Of a stretch of DNA of 64,000 nt, positions 39,701 through 51,240 are shown in pieces (the first letter of the stretch is position 1; each line of letters starts with the position of its first letter). The notes beneath the pieces are model-generated. The model was not told where the DNA came from, did not search any database, and was given only the letters and a program-made list of their open reading frames with translations. A program made the position numbers and the translations under genes. The DNA comes from Eledone cirrhosa (lineage: Eukaryota), in the NCBI GenBank assembly GCA_964016885.1, contig OZ024741.1, forward strand, positions 197,284,001 through 197,348,000. The letters are read 5' to 3'.

Positions 39701-40930
39701 ATTTTTCACTCTTTGTTGGTGAGGAGTGAGGTTTTTTTGTGTTTGTTTGCATGTAAGGAGCATTATCACATGTCCTATGTTTTTTCGTAGGTCAGCACTC
39801 TTTTTTTCTATTTTAGTTATATATGATGGTATTTTTAGTGGTGTTTTGTTCTTGTTAATATCTCTGCTATCACCAAGATAATGCTTCACTGTCATTGCTA
39901 AGGCATATAAACAGGCGTTGATTTGCCAAAATGTTGGGGTTTTTATCCGTCGTAAATATTCATCCCCTATTTCGTCAATAACACGTAGTATTTCATTATT
40001 TGGCTTTTTATTCACCATTGTCATTTTAACACGTTCAGCCAGAGAGATATTTATACATGAGTTAATTTCTCTCTGGAAGATTTCGTTGAGGGAAATTTTC
40101 AATTGTTTATACTTTTGATTATCATTATCGATAGTATTTTCCACAACAGTCGAGGTAGACTCGGATGGTATACGTGGTGTCAGATTTATTCGATTATTAT
40201 TATTTCCTCGATTATTATTATTATTATCGATAGTGTTTTCCCCAGCATTCGAGGTAGACTTAGATGGTACACGTGGTGTCAAATTTCTTACAGGCATAGT
40301 TGTTTCAAGGCGCTGTTCGACCTGGCTGCTAGGAAGTCTAGTAGCATGGCGATCTGTAGCACGTGTTGTTGATTCCATGTTTGTTGTGGGGGACTTACAA
40401 TTAATAATATTTATCTTATTTTTACGTTCAACAAACGTCGCTTGTTGGCATAATTGTTTCGCTGTGAAATAATTTAGCTCTGGGTGCATTTCGTCCCAGT
40501 GTAGCTTCATTCTGTTCATATAGCCAATGGAGGCATTGTTTTTTGCCATTTTATAACAATTAAGTAAATCATTATTAAGTTCGTAACTCCAAGAGAAATG
40601 CGATTTATAATTTCGGTTTCTTCTGTAGCTACAACTGAATAAAGTTTGATTACCTTCTTTGTTATTTGTCTTCGATACTTCCTTAATTTTCTTGTTGATG
40701 TTGTGTTCAGCCATGCTGTTTGTAGCAAATCCTTGTAAAATGAATTATGTATTTAGTCGGATATCTCTACGAATTCGAATAAAGGGTGTCTTCAGAAGGG
40801 ATAGTTAGAAGAATAACCAGTTATTCAACCTGGCTGTAGTTGTGGCATTACTGTCGGAGATAGTATTCATCTTAAATTTAATAAATAGTCTCCCACGCCA
40901 AAATATGCGACTGATCGCGTTGACTGACTT
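36800..40930 (-). mobile_element. Near full-length R4/Dong-like RLE LINE
   Basis: Single ORF from ATG 40714 with RT, then frameshifted CCHC knuckle and PD..D nuclease to stop at 37033; (ACAT)n at both ends. Confidence 0.95.
37033..40714 (-). pseudogene. R4-like RT-RLE polyprotein, inactivated
   Basis: NYRPIACQN, WLDYRKAFNSV, GIFQRDSLS (G>R), FVGDLK (catalytic D>G); frameshifts near 37690 and 37385. Confidence 0.92.
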
Positions 40931-40959
40931 ATGTACGTATGTATGTATGTATGTATGTT

Positions 40960-43427
40960 ATCTCTTTCTCTTAATTTCGAGTATATTTTTTTGACCGGCC
41001 ACCTTCCTGGTGGCAAGGTTGTAAAAGAAAAGAAATTGTCATCCCTTGAATCGCAAGAATGTTTTGCAAATTTTGAAGGTGCCAGCTATCGCAGCCATTT
41101 GTAGACTATGAATTAGGGAGCTGCGCTTTTTGTCCACAAATCCAAGTTCAGTCATACTTTGGTCCAAGCGGGTTGGTATATAACCCGTAGCTCCAATAAT
41201 GATGGGTATGAAGCTAAAGGTGTATCTTGGATACTGGATTTGTAAACTCCTCATCAATGGTCCGTAGATGTCCTCCTTCTCCTGTATTTTTCTGACAACG
41301 TTTACATCAAGTGGGCAGCTGATCTCCACAACAGAACACGTTTTCAATGTGTGGTCCCAAACAACAATATCAGGCCGGTTGTGCTTTAATTTGGTGGCAG
41401 TTTTTATTTTCAGGTTCCACCAGTATTCCTTAGTGCCATCTGTCTCAATATATTCTTCCTCGTTTGTTGTTAATTTTGTTTTCCGAAGTGCGTTCCAGAT
41501 GGTTCTAGCTATCCCATCGTGTCTCATGGGGAGGTAGTAGCGAGATGACATTCTTTCGCAGCTGGCAACAATGTGGCTTACATCCTCGATCTTTGTTTTA
41601 CATAGCCTACATTTATTGTCAGCTGCTGGCCCTCCTCTTTTGTGCAGCAGATATTTGTTAGGGAGTTCTTGTTCCTGTATTGCATAGAGATATCCCTCAA
41701 GGTGTGATGTCATAAACCTGTCGGAACTCCATGCCAGGCTTTTTGAGTGGTTTATCCCCTCTATGGTCTGTGTTTTACGCCTCAAGTATCCATGCACAAC
41801 TTTTTCTGTAAGTTGGTCAATTTTTTTTATCTTGTTTGAACATTGAATAGGATCTTCCGATTTCTCTGGGTGAGAGATTTATATCATGCTTTATTCCATA
41901 TCTCTCCTCCAGATCAGTCGCTATTCTAATGAAATCTTTTTTTCATGCTCATAAACCTGGGTAAGATGGTTGCCAACCTTTTTCCTCTGTTGAAGGTGTT
42001 GCTTCAGTGTTACTATCCGGGTCTCATATGTTGTTAATATTGATTTTAGACCCCGGCCACCTTCCTTGCGTGAGAAGTATAACCTATCCGCATCACCATT
42101 GATGTTAAAGTTCCCAGTAACACTGAGAAGTTTTCGAGTTCTAACATCCAGTTCAGCAGGCCAAATGTTGGCGTTAGAATTGGCACAGCATAAGTATTGT
42201 GGGCAATGTATTTGTTGTATGCTGACAGTTCTGATGACCATATTTTCTTCACTCTTCTGAGGTATTCAGTTCTGGTTCTCTCCTTATTTATGGGTCCATC
42301 ATATCTGACATTCTCATCCTGTCCAAGATATCTGTAGTTGTCACCTGACTGCAGAGGTTGTATTGTCATCTCTAGATTTCTAGAGGAGGGCACAGCTCTT
42401 CCACGTTTTACTGCCAAATATGCACACTTGGACTCACCAAATTTCATTTTGATGTCGGTTGAAAATTGTGTAATGAGGTCCAATTGTTTCTTGATGTCAT
42501 TGATATTTGGCCCATACAACTTCAGGTCATCAACAAAGAAAAGATGGAAGATACTTCTGGGCCCACTTCTTTGTCCACCTTGTTTCCTGAGTAGGTAAGA
42601 TAATGGATTCAGTGAGAGAACGAAGAGTAGCACTGACAAGCTATCACCCTGAAAGATGCCCTTCTGGTAATGTATCTTATCAGTCTTAACCTGCTCCTTC
42701 TCAGCTCTAAGGATCAAATTGGTGTACCAGTTCTTGGTCAGGCGTTCAACAGCAGCTACCAATGGTTGTGGGACTTTAGCTAACTGTAAAGCCTTAATAA
42801 TCCAGCCATGAGGTACACTATCAAATGCTTTTTGATAGTCCAGCCACACCACAGTCATGTTTCTGCGATTCTTTGTTGTTTTTTCCTGAATCATTTTGTT
42901 AGTTAGTAGGTGATCTATGCAACCCCACACCTCCCTCTTCCCACCAGCTTGCTCAGGTGTTATGATGTAGTTGGTAGCACAGTGATCCTGTAAGAACAGA
43001 TTAAGGCACCCAGTATATAATTTATACATGATGTTTTGGCAGGCAATTGGGCGGTAAATTTTAGCAAGGGTGGTTTGGCTATTTTTTGGAATGAGGAGAG
43101 TAGTGGCAGTTGATAACCATCTGGGCAGTTCTTGTGTGCCTTTAATGGTTTCTGTAAACAGCCGTATGAGATCTTGCCAATAGAAAGTGAAATTCTTCAA
43201 CCAGTATCCTGTAATGAGGTCTGGGCCTGGCGATTTCCTATTCGACATTTTCTGTAGAGCTGTTTCCAGTATTGACCCATCTATGTCATATTGTTTTGTC
43301 TGGACATGTTGGCAGTAGTCCTGTTCCAGTTCTTTTAGCCAATTAGCTTGTCTGTTGAATCTGTCATCCGTTTCCCATACAGATCTCCAGTAGCTCTCAA
43401 CTACAGATCTCCAGTAGCTCTCAACTC
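40960..43427 (-). mobile_element. Second R4/Dong-like family, 5'-truncated
   Basis: WLDYQKAFDSV, GIFQGDSLS, FFVDDLK, CRLC..HIVASC, HNRPDIVVWD; clearly diverged from the neighbouring copy; (ACAT)n at both ends. Confidence 0.95.
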
Positions 43428-43552
43428 TATGTATGTATGTATGTATGTATGTATGTATGTATGTATGTATGTATGTATGTATGTATGTATGTATGTATGT
43501 ATGTATGTATGTATGTATGTATGTGTGTGTGTGTGTGTATGTATGAATGTAT

Positions 43553-44300
43553 GTCAGGTCACTTTTGAGTGCTTCTGGTAACATGCAACCCAGTACAACC
43601 TGTCTCATGGTCGGGTCATTGGCGACTAAACCGACAACCCCACCAAGCTTGCTTGGTGAGGAGGATGATATTTGGACACCCCGTGGGATGAAATACAAGA
43701 CCTGGCAAAGGCGGAGGAACTCGGCAGAGTCAACAGCCATCCAAATAGTACTTTTATTTATTTATATTTATATTTTTTATTTTTGTCTGGGAGTGAAAGG
43801 CTCCCAGTTGTTGTCACAAAACCTTTCTAAGAGAGGGAAACTCCGAAAAAAAAAACAAACAAAAAAACCTGCGGCTTCGGAAGCATCCGATGATATTGAC
43901 CAGTTCTCCTTTTAGGGTAGTGTTTTCGATGGTCAGAGAGTGGGATTGGTCGAGTGCAAGACTTTTTCCCGCTCGCTTAAAAAAACCTTCAAAGCACAGG
44001 CATTGCTTGTTCAGGATATGTTACAGGTTTGTGTGACTGGCTGTAACCTAAAAGTGCATTATTTGCTGTAAGCTGACAAGCGATTGCAGTACTCTTCGCA
44101 GAGTTTGCAGACATCGTGTATGTATGCGTGGGGACATAGAAATACTCAGTTTGCTGCCCGAGTGCACAGTTAGCCCATTAGTGGTGAGAGATTTGTATTT
44201 CCTGTTAGGACATCGTTCTAGGAGAAGAAAATCTCTCATGTAAAACCTCTTGATGAAGTTGTATGGCCGCCGTCGGGACATACAGCGTATCTTAGGTACT
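43553..44300 (+). mobile_element. RTE-type 5' leader
   Basis: Homologous to 21816-22312 (minus) and 36139-36490; ctaggagaagaaaatctc motif at 44218. Confidence 0.6.
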
Positions 44301-44394
44301 TTAAACCTCCTCTCTAGGTCTGATCATTTTGTCCCTCAAAATTAAAGAGAAAGATAGTTAGATAGATAGATAAAGACAGAGAGTGTAGGGTAGA

Positions 44395-46107
44395 GTGGGA
44401 GAGAAAGAGACCGATATATATGGGGACCTAACAAACTGCATAATAGGCAGTATGGATGTTGTGTCCCTGTATCCATCTATTGACGTGGATTTTGCTGTGG
44501 AGAAATGCGTAGAAATGATCAGCGAGAGCAAGGTTGAGTTCCGTGGGATTGATACCAGTGAGCTGGGACTTCTACTTAAGCTTACCCATAGTAATAGTTA
44601 CCTAGACACTTATGACCTTAGCAACCTGTGCCCTACAAGACCAGCAAGAGGCAGACCACCTACCATTACCTCAATGGCCAAGAAAACCCACACAGATAGA
44701 TGGAACGGGTGGACCAGAGCCATACGGACACCCGAAAACCACGATGAACTGAAGAAAATGATTGCACATGCGGTAGGGGCCAGCATAAAATTAACCCTTA
44801 AGGAACATATGTTCAAATTTAATGGTAAAACATATGCCCAAGAGGAAGGAGCAGCCATTGGTGTTAGCATTGCAGGCGACATAGCTAACTTATTCATGGT
44901 ATGGTGGGACAGTAGACTTAAACAAAAACTTAATGAACAATTAGAAGACAGCTTAACCCTGATAATGTACTCCCGCTACGTAGATGATATAAACATCGTA
45001 GTTAAGACACCCCCACTAAAGAACAGTCAGGAACTAGAGAAAAACCCAATGGAAAGCATCCAGCAAATAGCAAACTCCATCCACCAGAGCATTAGAGTTA
45101 CTATAGACTACCCAAGTAGACACCCCAACCATCGATTACCTGTACTAGACACAGAGCTCTGGTTAGATACAATTAACAACCAAAAACAAATCCTCCATTC
45201 CCATTATGCCAAACCCATGACTTCCAAACATCTGATCCACCGAAACTCGGCCATTTCGGACCATACCAAAATCAACATACTGATTGCGGATTTGGTACGG
45301 GTGATGAGAAATGTGTCCCGCATGTGCAACCCCGAAGAACTAGAGAGACACATACAACACTTCATCCACCGTATGCAGTTCTCTGGCTACAATCAGAGAG
45401 ATAGAATCAGAGTGTATAAAGGAGCCAGAACCAAATGGGAAAAAATGGTAAATAATGACATAAATGGGACCTGCCCCTTGTATAGGAGCAAATTTTGGAA
45501 TAGAATAGAAAGAACTAGGAACAAGGCCAATAGAATAAACTCATGGTATGATAGCAATAAATACCAGAGTGTAATGTTCATCAATACAACCCCTAGAGGC
45601 GAACTAGCCTACAAATTTAGAAGGGCCCTAAAGAAACATAATCTCAATATTAAGATAGTAGAAAGACCTGGTACCTCCGTAAAAACACTTATTAGCAAGA
45701 CATACCCGTTCCAAAGACCCTCATGTATAGATAAGAAATGTATAACCTGTAAAATAAGCCCCCATATTAACTGTAAAACTAGAAATGTAGTATATAGCAT
45801 AAGATGTACTGAAGGACAATGTAGAAACAAAAATATAGTGTACATAGGTGAGACAGCTCGTAGTATAGGGGAACGAATAAATGAACACTGGCGAGACCTC
45901 CAAGATAATAAAGAATCATCTGTGCTCTACCAACATGCTAAGATAGAACACAGGGGTAAATTAGAGAGCATAGAAATAAAAATAGAATCCACACACAAGA
46001 AAGACGCAATGTTTAGGCAAATTACAGAGGCAGTAAGCATAAAAGAATTAAAACCAAAATTAAATAGAAAATATGAGTGGAACAGCAACATCACAACTTA
46101 CAATTAA
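44395..46107 (+). CDS. PLE reverse transcriptase / GIY-YIG endonuclease (N-terminally truncated, uninterrupted)
   Basis: SMDVVSLYPSI, QEEGAAIG, RYVDD, LPVLD, Cys-rich linker, VVYSIRC..YIGETAR..R..EH, E..LN; the first ~10 residues are flank-derived. Confidence 0.92.
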   Translation: MGEKETDIYGDLTNCIIGSMDVVSLYPSIDVDFAVEKCVEMISESKVEFRGIDTSELGLLLKLTHSNSYLDTYDLSNLCPTRPARGRPPTITSMAKKTHTDRWNGWTRAIRTPENHDELKKMIAHAVGASIKLTLKEHMFKFNGKTYAQEEGAAIGVSIAGDIANLFMVWWDSRLKQKLNEQLEDSLTLIMYSRYVDDINIVVKTPPLKNSQELEKNPMESIQQIANSIHQSIRVTIDYPSRHPNHRLPVLDTELWLDTINNQKQILHSHYAKPMTSKHLIHRNSAISDHTKINILIADLVRVMRNVSRMCNPEELERHIQHFIHRMQFSGYNQRDRIRVYKGARTKWEKMVNNDINGTCPLYRSKFWNRIERTRNKANRINSWYDSNKYQSVMFINTTPRGELAYKFRRALKKHNLNIKIVERPGTSVKTLISKTYPFQRPSCIDKKCITCKISPHINCKTRNVVYSIRCTEGQCRNKNIVYIGETARSIGERINEHWRDLQDNKESSVLYQHAKIEHRGKLESIEIKIESTHKKDAMFRQITEAVSIKELKPKLNRKYEWNSNITTYN

Positions 46108-46615
46108 GGACAAAATGAAAACACACACACACATAGAACAAACAACTTACAATTGAAAACACACACAAAATGAAAACACACACAAGACAAAATGAAAACA
46201 CACACACACATAGAACAAACAACCAACCAACAATAAATAAATAAATAAATAAACAAATAGAAAAATATAAATAGAAAAATAGAAAAATGAACACAAACAC
46301 ACACAGACACCCGGATGTGGCGCATGCGCAAACTGAGCACGCAACCCACACACAAACAAAATGGCGTAGGATAGAAGAAAGGAAAGGCACAGAAACGAAG
46401 AAAGAAATCCCCAGTCACTGAAGAGGTCACAGAGTGTGTGACGAAAGAACTATGACTATATATATATAAACAACTATTTGGTTGTGGAACCAACCAACCA
46501 ACCAGAAATTTATAAATTTGTAAATTTATAAATATATAATAAATTAAATTGAAGTGAAAGCAACTGGTGCGTGTGTTTCTTATTGGCAACATGACCCTCC
46601 CAAAGTATAACAATA
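44420..46615 (+). mobile_element. Penelope-like element, 5'-truncated, RT + C-terminal GIY-YIG + pLTR
   Basis: Open ORF to 46107, then 3' UTR, HHR and (TA)n. Confidence 0.95.
46413..46457 (+). ncRNA. Minimal hammerhead ribozyme in PLE pLTR
   Basis: agtca-CTGAAGA-g-gtcaca/tgtgac-GAAA-gaac-TA-tgact. Confidence 0.8.
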
Positions 46616-46729
46616 TATATATATGTATATATATATAGTGGTAGAACACTGGCAGGTAATATCCGTAGTGGTAGAGCACTCAGTCCATGGGACTAGTTAG
46701 TTAGAAGTGGTTACACAACAGTTAGTTCA

Positions 46730-46779
46730 CCATACTGAGAACAATTGTTTCACCTTAGCGGATCCTCAGCTCGTAATGG
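46730..46779 (-). ncRNA. Minimal hammerhead ribozyme
   Basis: Inverted copy of 47540-47589. Confidence 0.7.
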
Positions 46780-47539
46780 ACATGGTTATACGGAACAGGA
46801 ACGACAACCGTACGAACGCGCAAGCGCAGAAACGGTCACTTCCCCCAGGCAATACTAAATTGCGTGCGAGAGGTGTAAGGGAGATAACTGCGAAAGTCCG
46901 AAAGTTTCTAGTTGATAAGAAAATTAGGATGTTGTTGTAATTCAATCCGAAGCTTTGTAGTTATGTAAGAGGTATTTCCAGACGCGTGGACAACAAGTGA
47001 AGAATTCATTTCTTGAGTTTAGGCAATCGCTATTGCGTAATCTATTTAGAATATTTATTCGTTCATCAATACATAGTCCACACGTCGGATTGCCCCTTGC
47101 GTATGGCTTGGACATAGTGATGGCTTTCCATTGAATGGAGTAGTCTATACTTGAGTCCTTGAGAGACCATATGTGGCTCGCGAGTTTCGTGGATGAACGT
47201 CTGTCCGGGTACCTAAAGGTCGACTGGGCCAATCCGTCGTGTGGACTATGTATTGATGAACGAATAAATATTCTAAAGAGATTACGCAATAGCGATTGCC
47301 TAAATTCACGGATTGAATTCTTCACACGTTGTCCACACGTCTGGAAACACCTCTTACATAACTACAAAGCTCTGGATTGAATTACAACATCGTAATTTTC
47401 TTATCAACTAGAAACTTTCGGACTTTCGCAGTTATCTCCCTTACACCTCTCGCACGCAATTTGGTATTGCCTGAGGGAAGTGACCGTTTCTGCGCTTGCG
47501 CGTTCGTACGGTTGTCCTTCCTGTTCCGTATAACCATGT

Positions 47540-47589
47540 CCATTACGAGCTGAGGATCCGCTAAGGTGAAACAATTGTTCTCGGTATGG
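47540..47589 (+). ncRNA. Minimal hammerhead ribozyme with palindromic helix III
   Basis: cgag-CTGAGGA-tcc gctaa ggt-GAAA-caattg-TT-ctcg. Confidence 0.72.
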
Positions 47590-47614
47590 AGAACTAACTG
47601 TTGTGTAACCACTT

Positions 47615-47703
<89 letters not shown>

Positions 47704-47710
47704 AAGAGAG

Positions 47711-47798
<88 letters not shown>

Positions 47799-48044
47799 GA
47801 GAAAGAGATATAAAGAAAGAATCGACCCAAGTAGTAGACTGATGTTTTTTTATCGACTTCGAAAGGATGAAAAGTATCGAATTTTATGAACCGACAAACT
47901 GTTTTGTCGCCCTTCTGCGACCTGGTCAATGCTATAATTCCACTACAGCTATTTAAATTTAGTTAACAGGTAAGCCTTGTAAGTTGTTTCTTTATTTAAC
48001 ATGGAGATAGTTAGTATCAGTTTATTATATTTACTAAATACTAA

Positions 48045-48237
48045 AGGGCGGTGGATTGGCAGTATCGGTAGAGGGTCGGACGCCATGCTTTGCAGCAATG
48101 AGTTACGTCCCTTTATGGTCTGAGTTCAAATCCCGCTGAGGTTAACTTTGCCTTTCATCCTTACGGGGTCGATAAAATAAAGTACCAGTAATGCACTGTG
48201 ATAATTGCTGGCCTTGTGCCAAAAGTAGAAACAATTA
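48045..48237 (+). mobile_element. Full-length tRNA-SINE with TSD, followed by a 3' fragment to ~48350
   Basis: A/B boxes; attatatttactaaatac on both sides. Confidence 0.95.
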
Positions 48238-48629
48238 TATTTACTAAATACGAGGTCGATAAAATAAAGTACCAGTAACGTACTGGTGTCGATTTAGTAA
48301 ACTTTCCCCTTCCCTTTAAATTGCTGGCCTTGTGCCAAAAGTAAAAACAAATATTGATTAACTAAATTGTTTTTTTTTTTTGCATTAGTCAATTGTTTTG
48401 TTGTTTGTAAGTGAATCATAGTTTTGCTTTTGTCGAACCTTTGACTTGTAGGCTTCTTGTATTGTTACCTTTTGAATTTCATACTTGTCAGAACTTTGTA
48501 TTTTCAAACTTAGTCCCTCTTTATTTCCTTTCTCTTTTACCCTCATTCCAAATATTTTGTCTTTATTTTTATTATAATTGTTATTATTTATTAATAGTAA
48601 TTATTAATTCTTTGCTTGTTTAGTTGAGT

Positions 48630-48840
48630 AGATTGGCAGTATCGGTAGGACGTCGGCCACAATCCTTTGCGGCATTTGTTCCGGCTCTCTGTATTCTGAG
48701 TTCAAATCCTGCCGAAAGTCAACTTTTCCTTTCAACCTTCCGGGTTCGATAAAATACAATAGCATTCAAATACGAGGTCGATATAATCGAATTTCCTCTT
48801 CCTACAAATTACAAGTCTTCTTCCTAGATTAGAAAGAAGT
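48630..48840 (+). mobile_element. Older tRNA-SINE
   Basis: ttggcagtatcgg..gagttcaaatcctgccg. Confidence 0.8.
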
Positions 48841-49399
48841 ATTAGTATTTAAAAAAAGTTTTTCTCATGAAAAAGACTTTGAATATTAATAAATTTCATT
48901 CGATATGTATTTATAAATATTCTTCAGGTATATTTAAAATATCTGCCTGTAGTACACATTTTCTATTAGTATTAGATTTTTGCTAAATCGATATATTTTA
49001 TCATTTTTATAAGAAAAATGCCACACACACACACAATACACGCGCGTGTTTTAACATTACACCAGAACATGATAGGCACACCAAGTTTATTGATTAGAGA
49101 ATTGTATTTATCTAGAATACCTTTGGTAGATAAATGGACTTAACGAGTCAGTGGTATACCTTGGCTATGAACACCTCATGTCCATAATAGAATTCGAACT
49201 ATTGATCATTTATCAACAGCACTGTATCGACTCCACTATCCGTGACTATACACACACAATTTTGACTGGAAAACTCAGCTAATTATATTTTATGTTTGCT
49301 GTAAATTAAGAAATTTTAGTAAATAATAGCGTTTGTTAAATCTTGAATTTTGTAAACTCCATGGGGATATAATATCTAATCGAGCTTTATTAATAATAC

Positions 49400-50930
49400 A
49401 GCAGCTTATTTAGCACAAGATGCTGAGTTTAAAATCTATTCTGGTTTGTTAAATTCTGCTGCGTTAATAACCATCCTGGCGTATGTACAAATGATATTAT
49501 CTCGAGTGCATTTAAATCATGAATATTTAATTATTTCAACCGATGGAAAATTATGACAAAACAGAATTTTTATTCAATGAATTGATATTCATGGGATTCT
49601 AAAGTAACAAAACATCATAATGGTAATCACTATTTAAAATGTTCAGAATATTACAGCTATACATCATTTTATATGAAGTTAATTGAGCTTGTATAGTACA
49701 GCTGTGGTATGGGATGAATCGTGTTCTACATTACTTCCAGAATTGTTTGGTTGCTGATTATTCTTATCAGAATTTTCATTTAATTCATTCTACTATTTAT
49801 AGATTCTAAATCAATAGTTATAAAAGTTACCACTGTTTTCTTATAACTGATCGTGTTGGGTTAATATCTTCTGGAATAAAAAGCCATATCCTCTATGTTA
49901 TATGCGATCGATGCATATCCCCACACCAAACTTCCATAAGCAACAGTGTAACCTATAGTATCATATAAATTTAATTTATGAGATGACAATGGCTTTAAGA
50001 ACGATGGGCTCTACAACGCCTACTTTCTCTCAACGTCTTTCGTAGTGATCCCACAAACGCAGTCTTATGAGACATTTCTAGCTAACAATTTATGTGTACT
50101 CTGGTTGGTTATGCCCCGATTTCACATTTCAAGATTTTCTGATTTGATATTTCTACATGCAAATATATCTTGTAAGATACAGTTGTTGTGTATATAAAAA
50201 ATAAAATAAAAGCTTAATAGTCCTAAAAATTCATTTTATTATACCTTCTTATTACATATCCTACAGTCTACATTATCTTTGACCTATCATGTCGCTGTCA
50301 AAGTTATAATATGAATTTATAGATATTGATGAATGTCATCTACGTTTTAAGCCACAGCTGAAGATATTTTAGTAGAATGTCAATGAAACATTGTATATAT
50401 TCTATTGATTGACAAACGAAATGAATGCTGAAACTCATATGCTTGAAGGAAATATGTGTTCCAAAATAATACGGTAATAAAAAATGTTTGTTCAGGAATA
50501 TCAGAACTTTCTGGAGATGCACAATTCTTGTTCCGATTGTCTGCATATTGTTCCATTTAAGAATTCATAACAGAAGACTGAACATTTCTATAAACGTTTT
50601 TAAAGATAGAAAATATAAATTATTGTTCTTGAAATTGCAAGATTTATCTATCTAAGTGTATATGATGCAGAGGAAAGTGTCTTAATGCGTTTGGCACCAT
50701 CATCCAACTCGTGCTAATTGATATATATTTTTTAAAGCCTAATATTTTCTCACTCAACTACATTTCTCACACTGAAATTGCTTTGAGCCTAAGAATCCAA
50801 CCTATAAGCATCTCAATTTACCATCTCTTTTCTTGTAATTTATCAAAATACGAAAATGTAAAGCCATGGAGTTAGCAATGGAATAGCTTTGCATGTAACC
50901 ATTTGAATCACTTCACTTCAGAATAGGATT
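49400..50930 (-). pseudogene. Possible ancient LINE RT remnant (RTE-X-like)
   Basis: Decayed peptides LYDTIGYTVAYGSLVWG (~49920-49975) and LINYKKRDGKLRCL*VGF (~50795-50850); boundaries uncertain. Confidence 0.35.
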
Positions 50931-50944
50931 GTATTCACAGATTT

Positions 50945-51240
50945 CTTCTTTTTCTTCTTCTTCTTCTTCTTCTTCTTCTTCTTCTTCTTCTTCTTCTTCT
51001 TCTTCTTCTTCTTCTTCTTCTTCTTCTTCTTCTTCTTCTTCTTCTTCTTGGGAGGCTCGTGGGTGGCAGAGTCCTCAAGCATACCATCCAGCAGGTCCTG
51101 TCAGAAGCAACCGTCTCAAATATATCCAGCTGGGTCTCCAAGTGAGACCAGCCAAGCTGAAGAATATCATCCAACCATCTTGCTCGAGGTTTACTCTTGG
51201 GTCTCCTGTCGGTTGGTTTTGTCTGTAAGTTATCTGCAAC
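50945..51240 (-). mobile_element. RTE LINE 3' end with (GAA)n tail
   Basis: RPKSKPRARWLDD..VASDRTCW..LPP followed by (GAA)n. Confidence 0.85.

Larger units (their letters stand above)
46636..47617 (-). mobile_element. Short PLE (GIY-YIG C-terminus + pLTR) with ~390-bp inverted duplication
   Basis: STKLASHIWSLK..CGLCIDE..LNSRNE; arms 46704-47092 / 47230-47615; (TA)n on both sides. Confidence 0.9.

Noticed and set aside
40715-40930. HDV-like or hammerhead ribozyme in the R4 5' UTR
   Set aside because: A CTGAAGA and partial helices exist, but I could not complete either fold (no matching GAAA/helix set, no P1.1 GG).
42046-43740. 564-aa ORF with YIHT repeats fused to RT
   Set aside because: Read-through from the antisense RTE leader across stop-free (TACA)n into a truncated R4; chance fusion.
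48045-48140. tRNA genes at A/B-box sites
   Set aside because: These are SINE heads with bodies, tails and TSDs; no cloverleaf.
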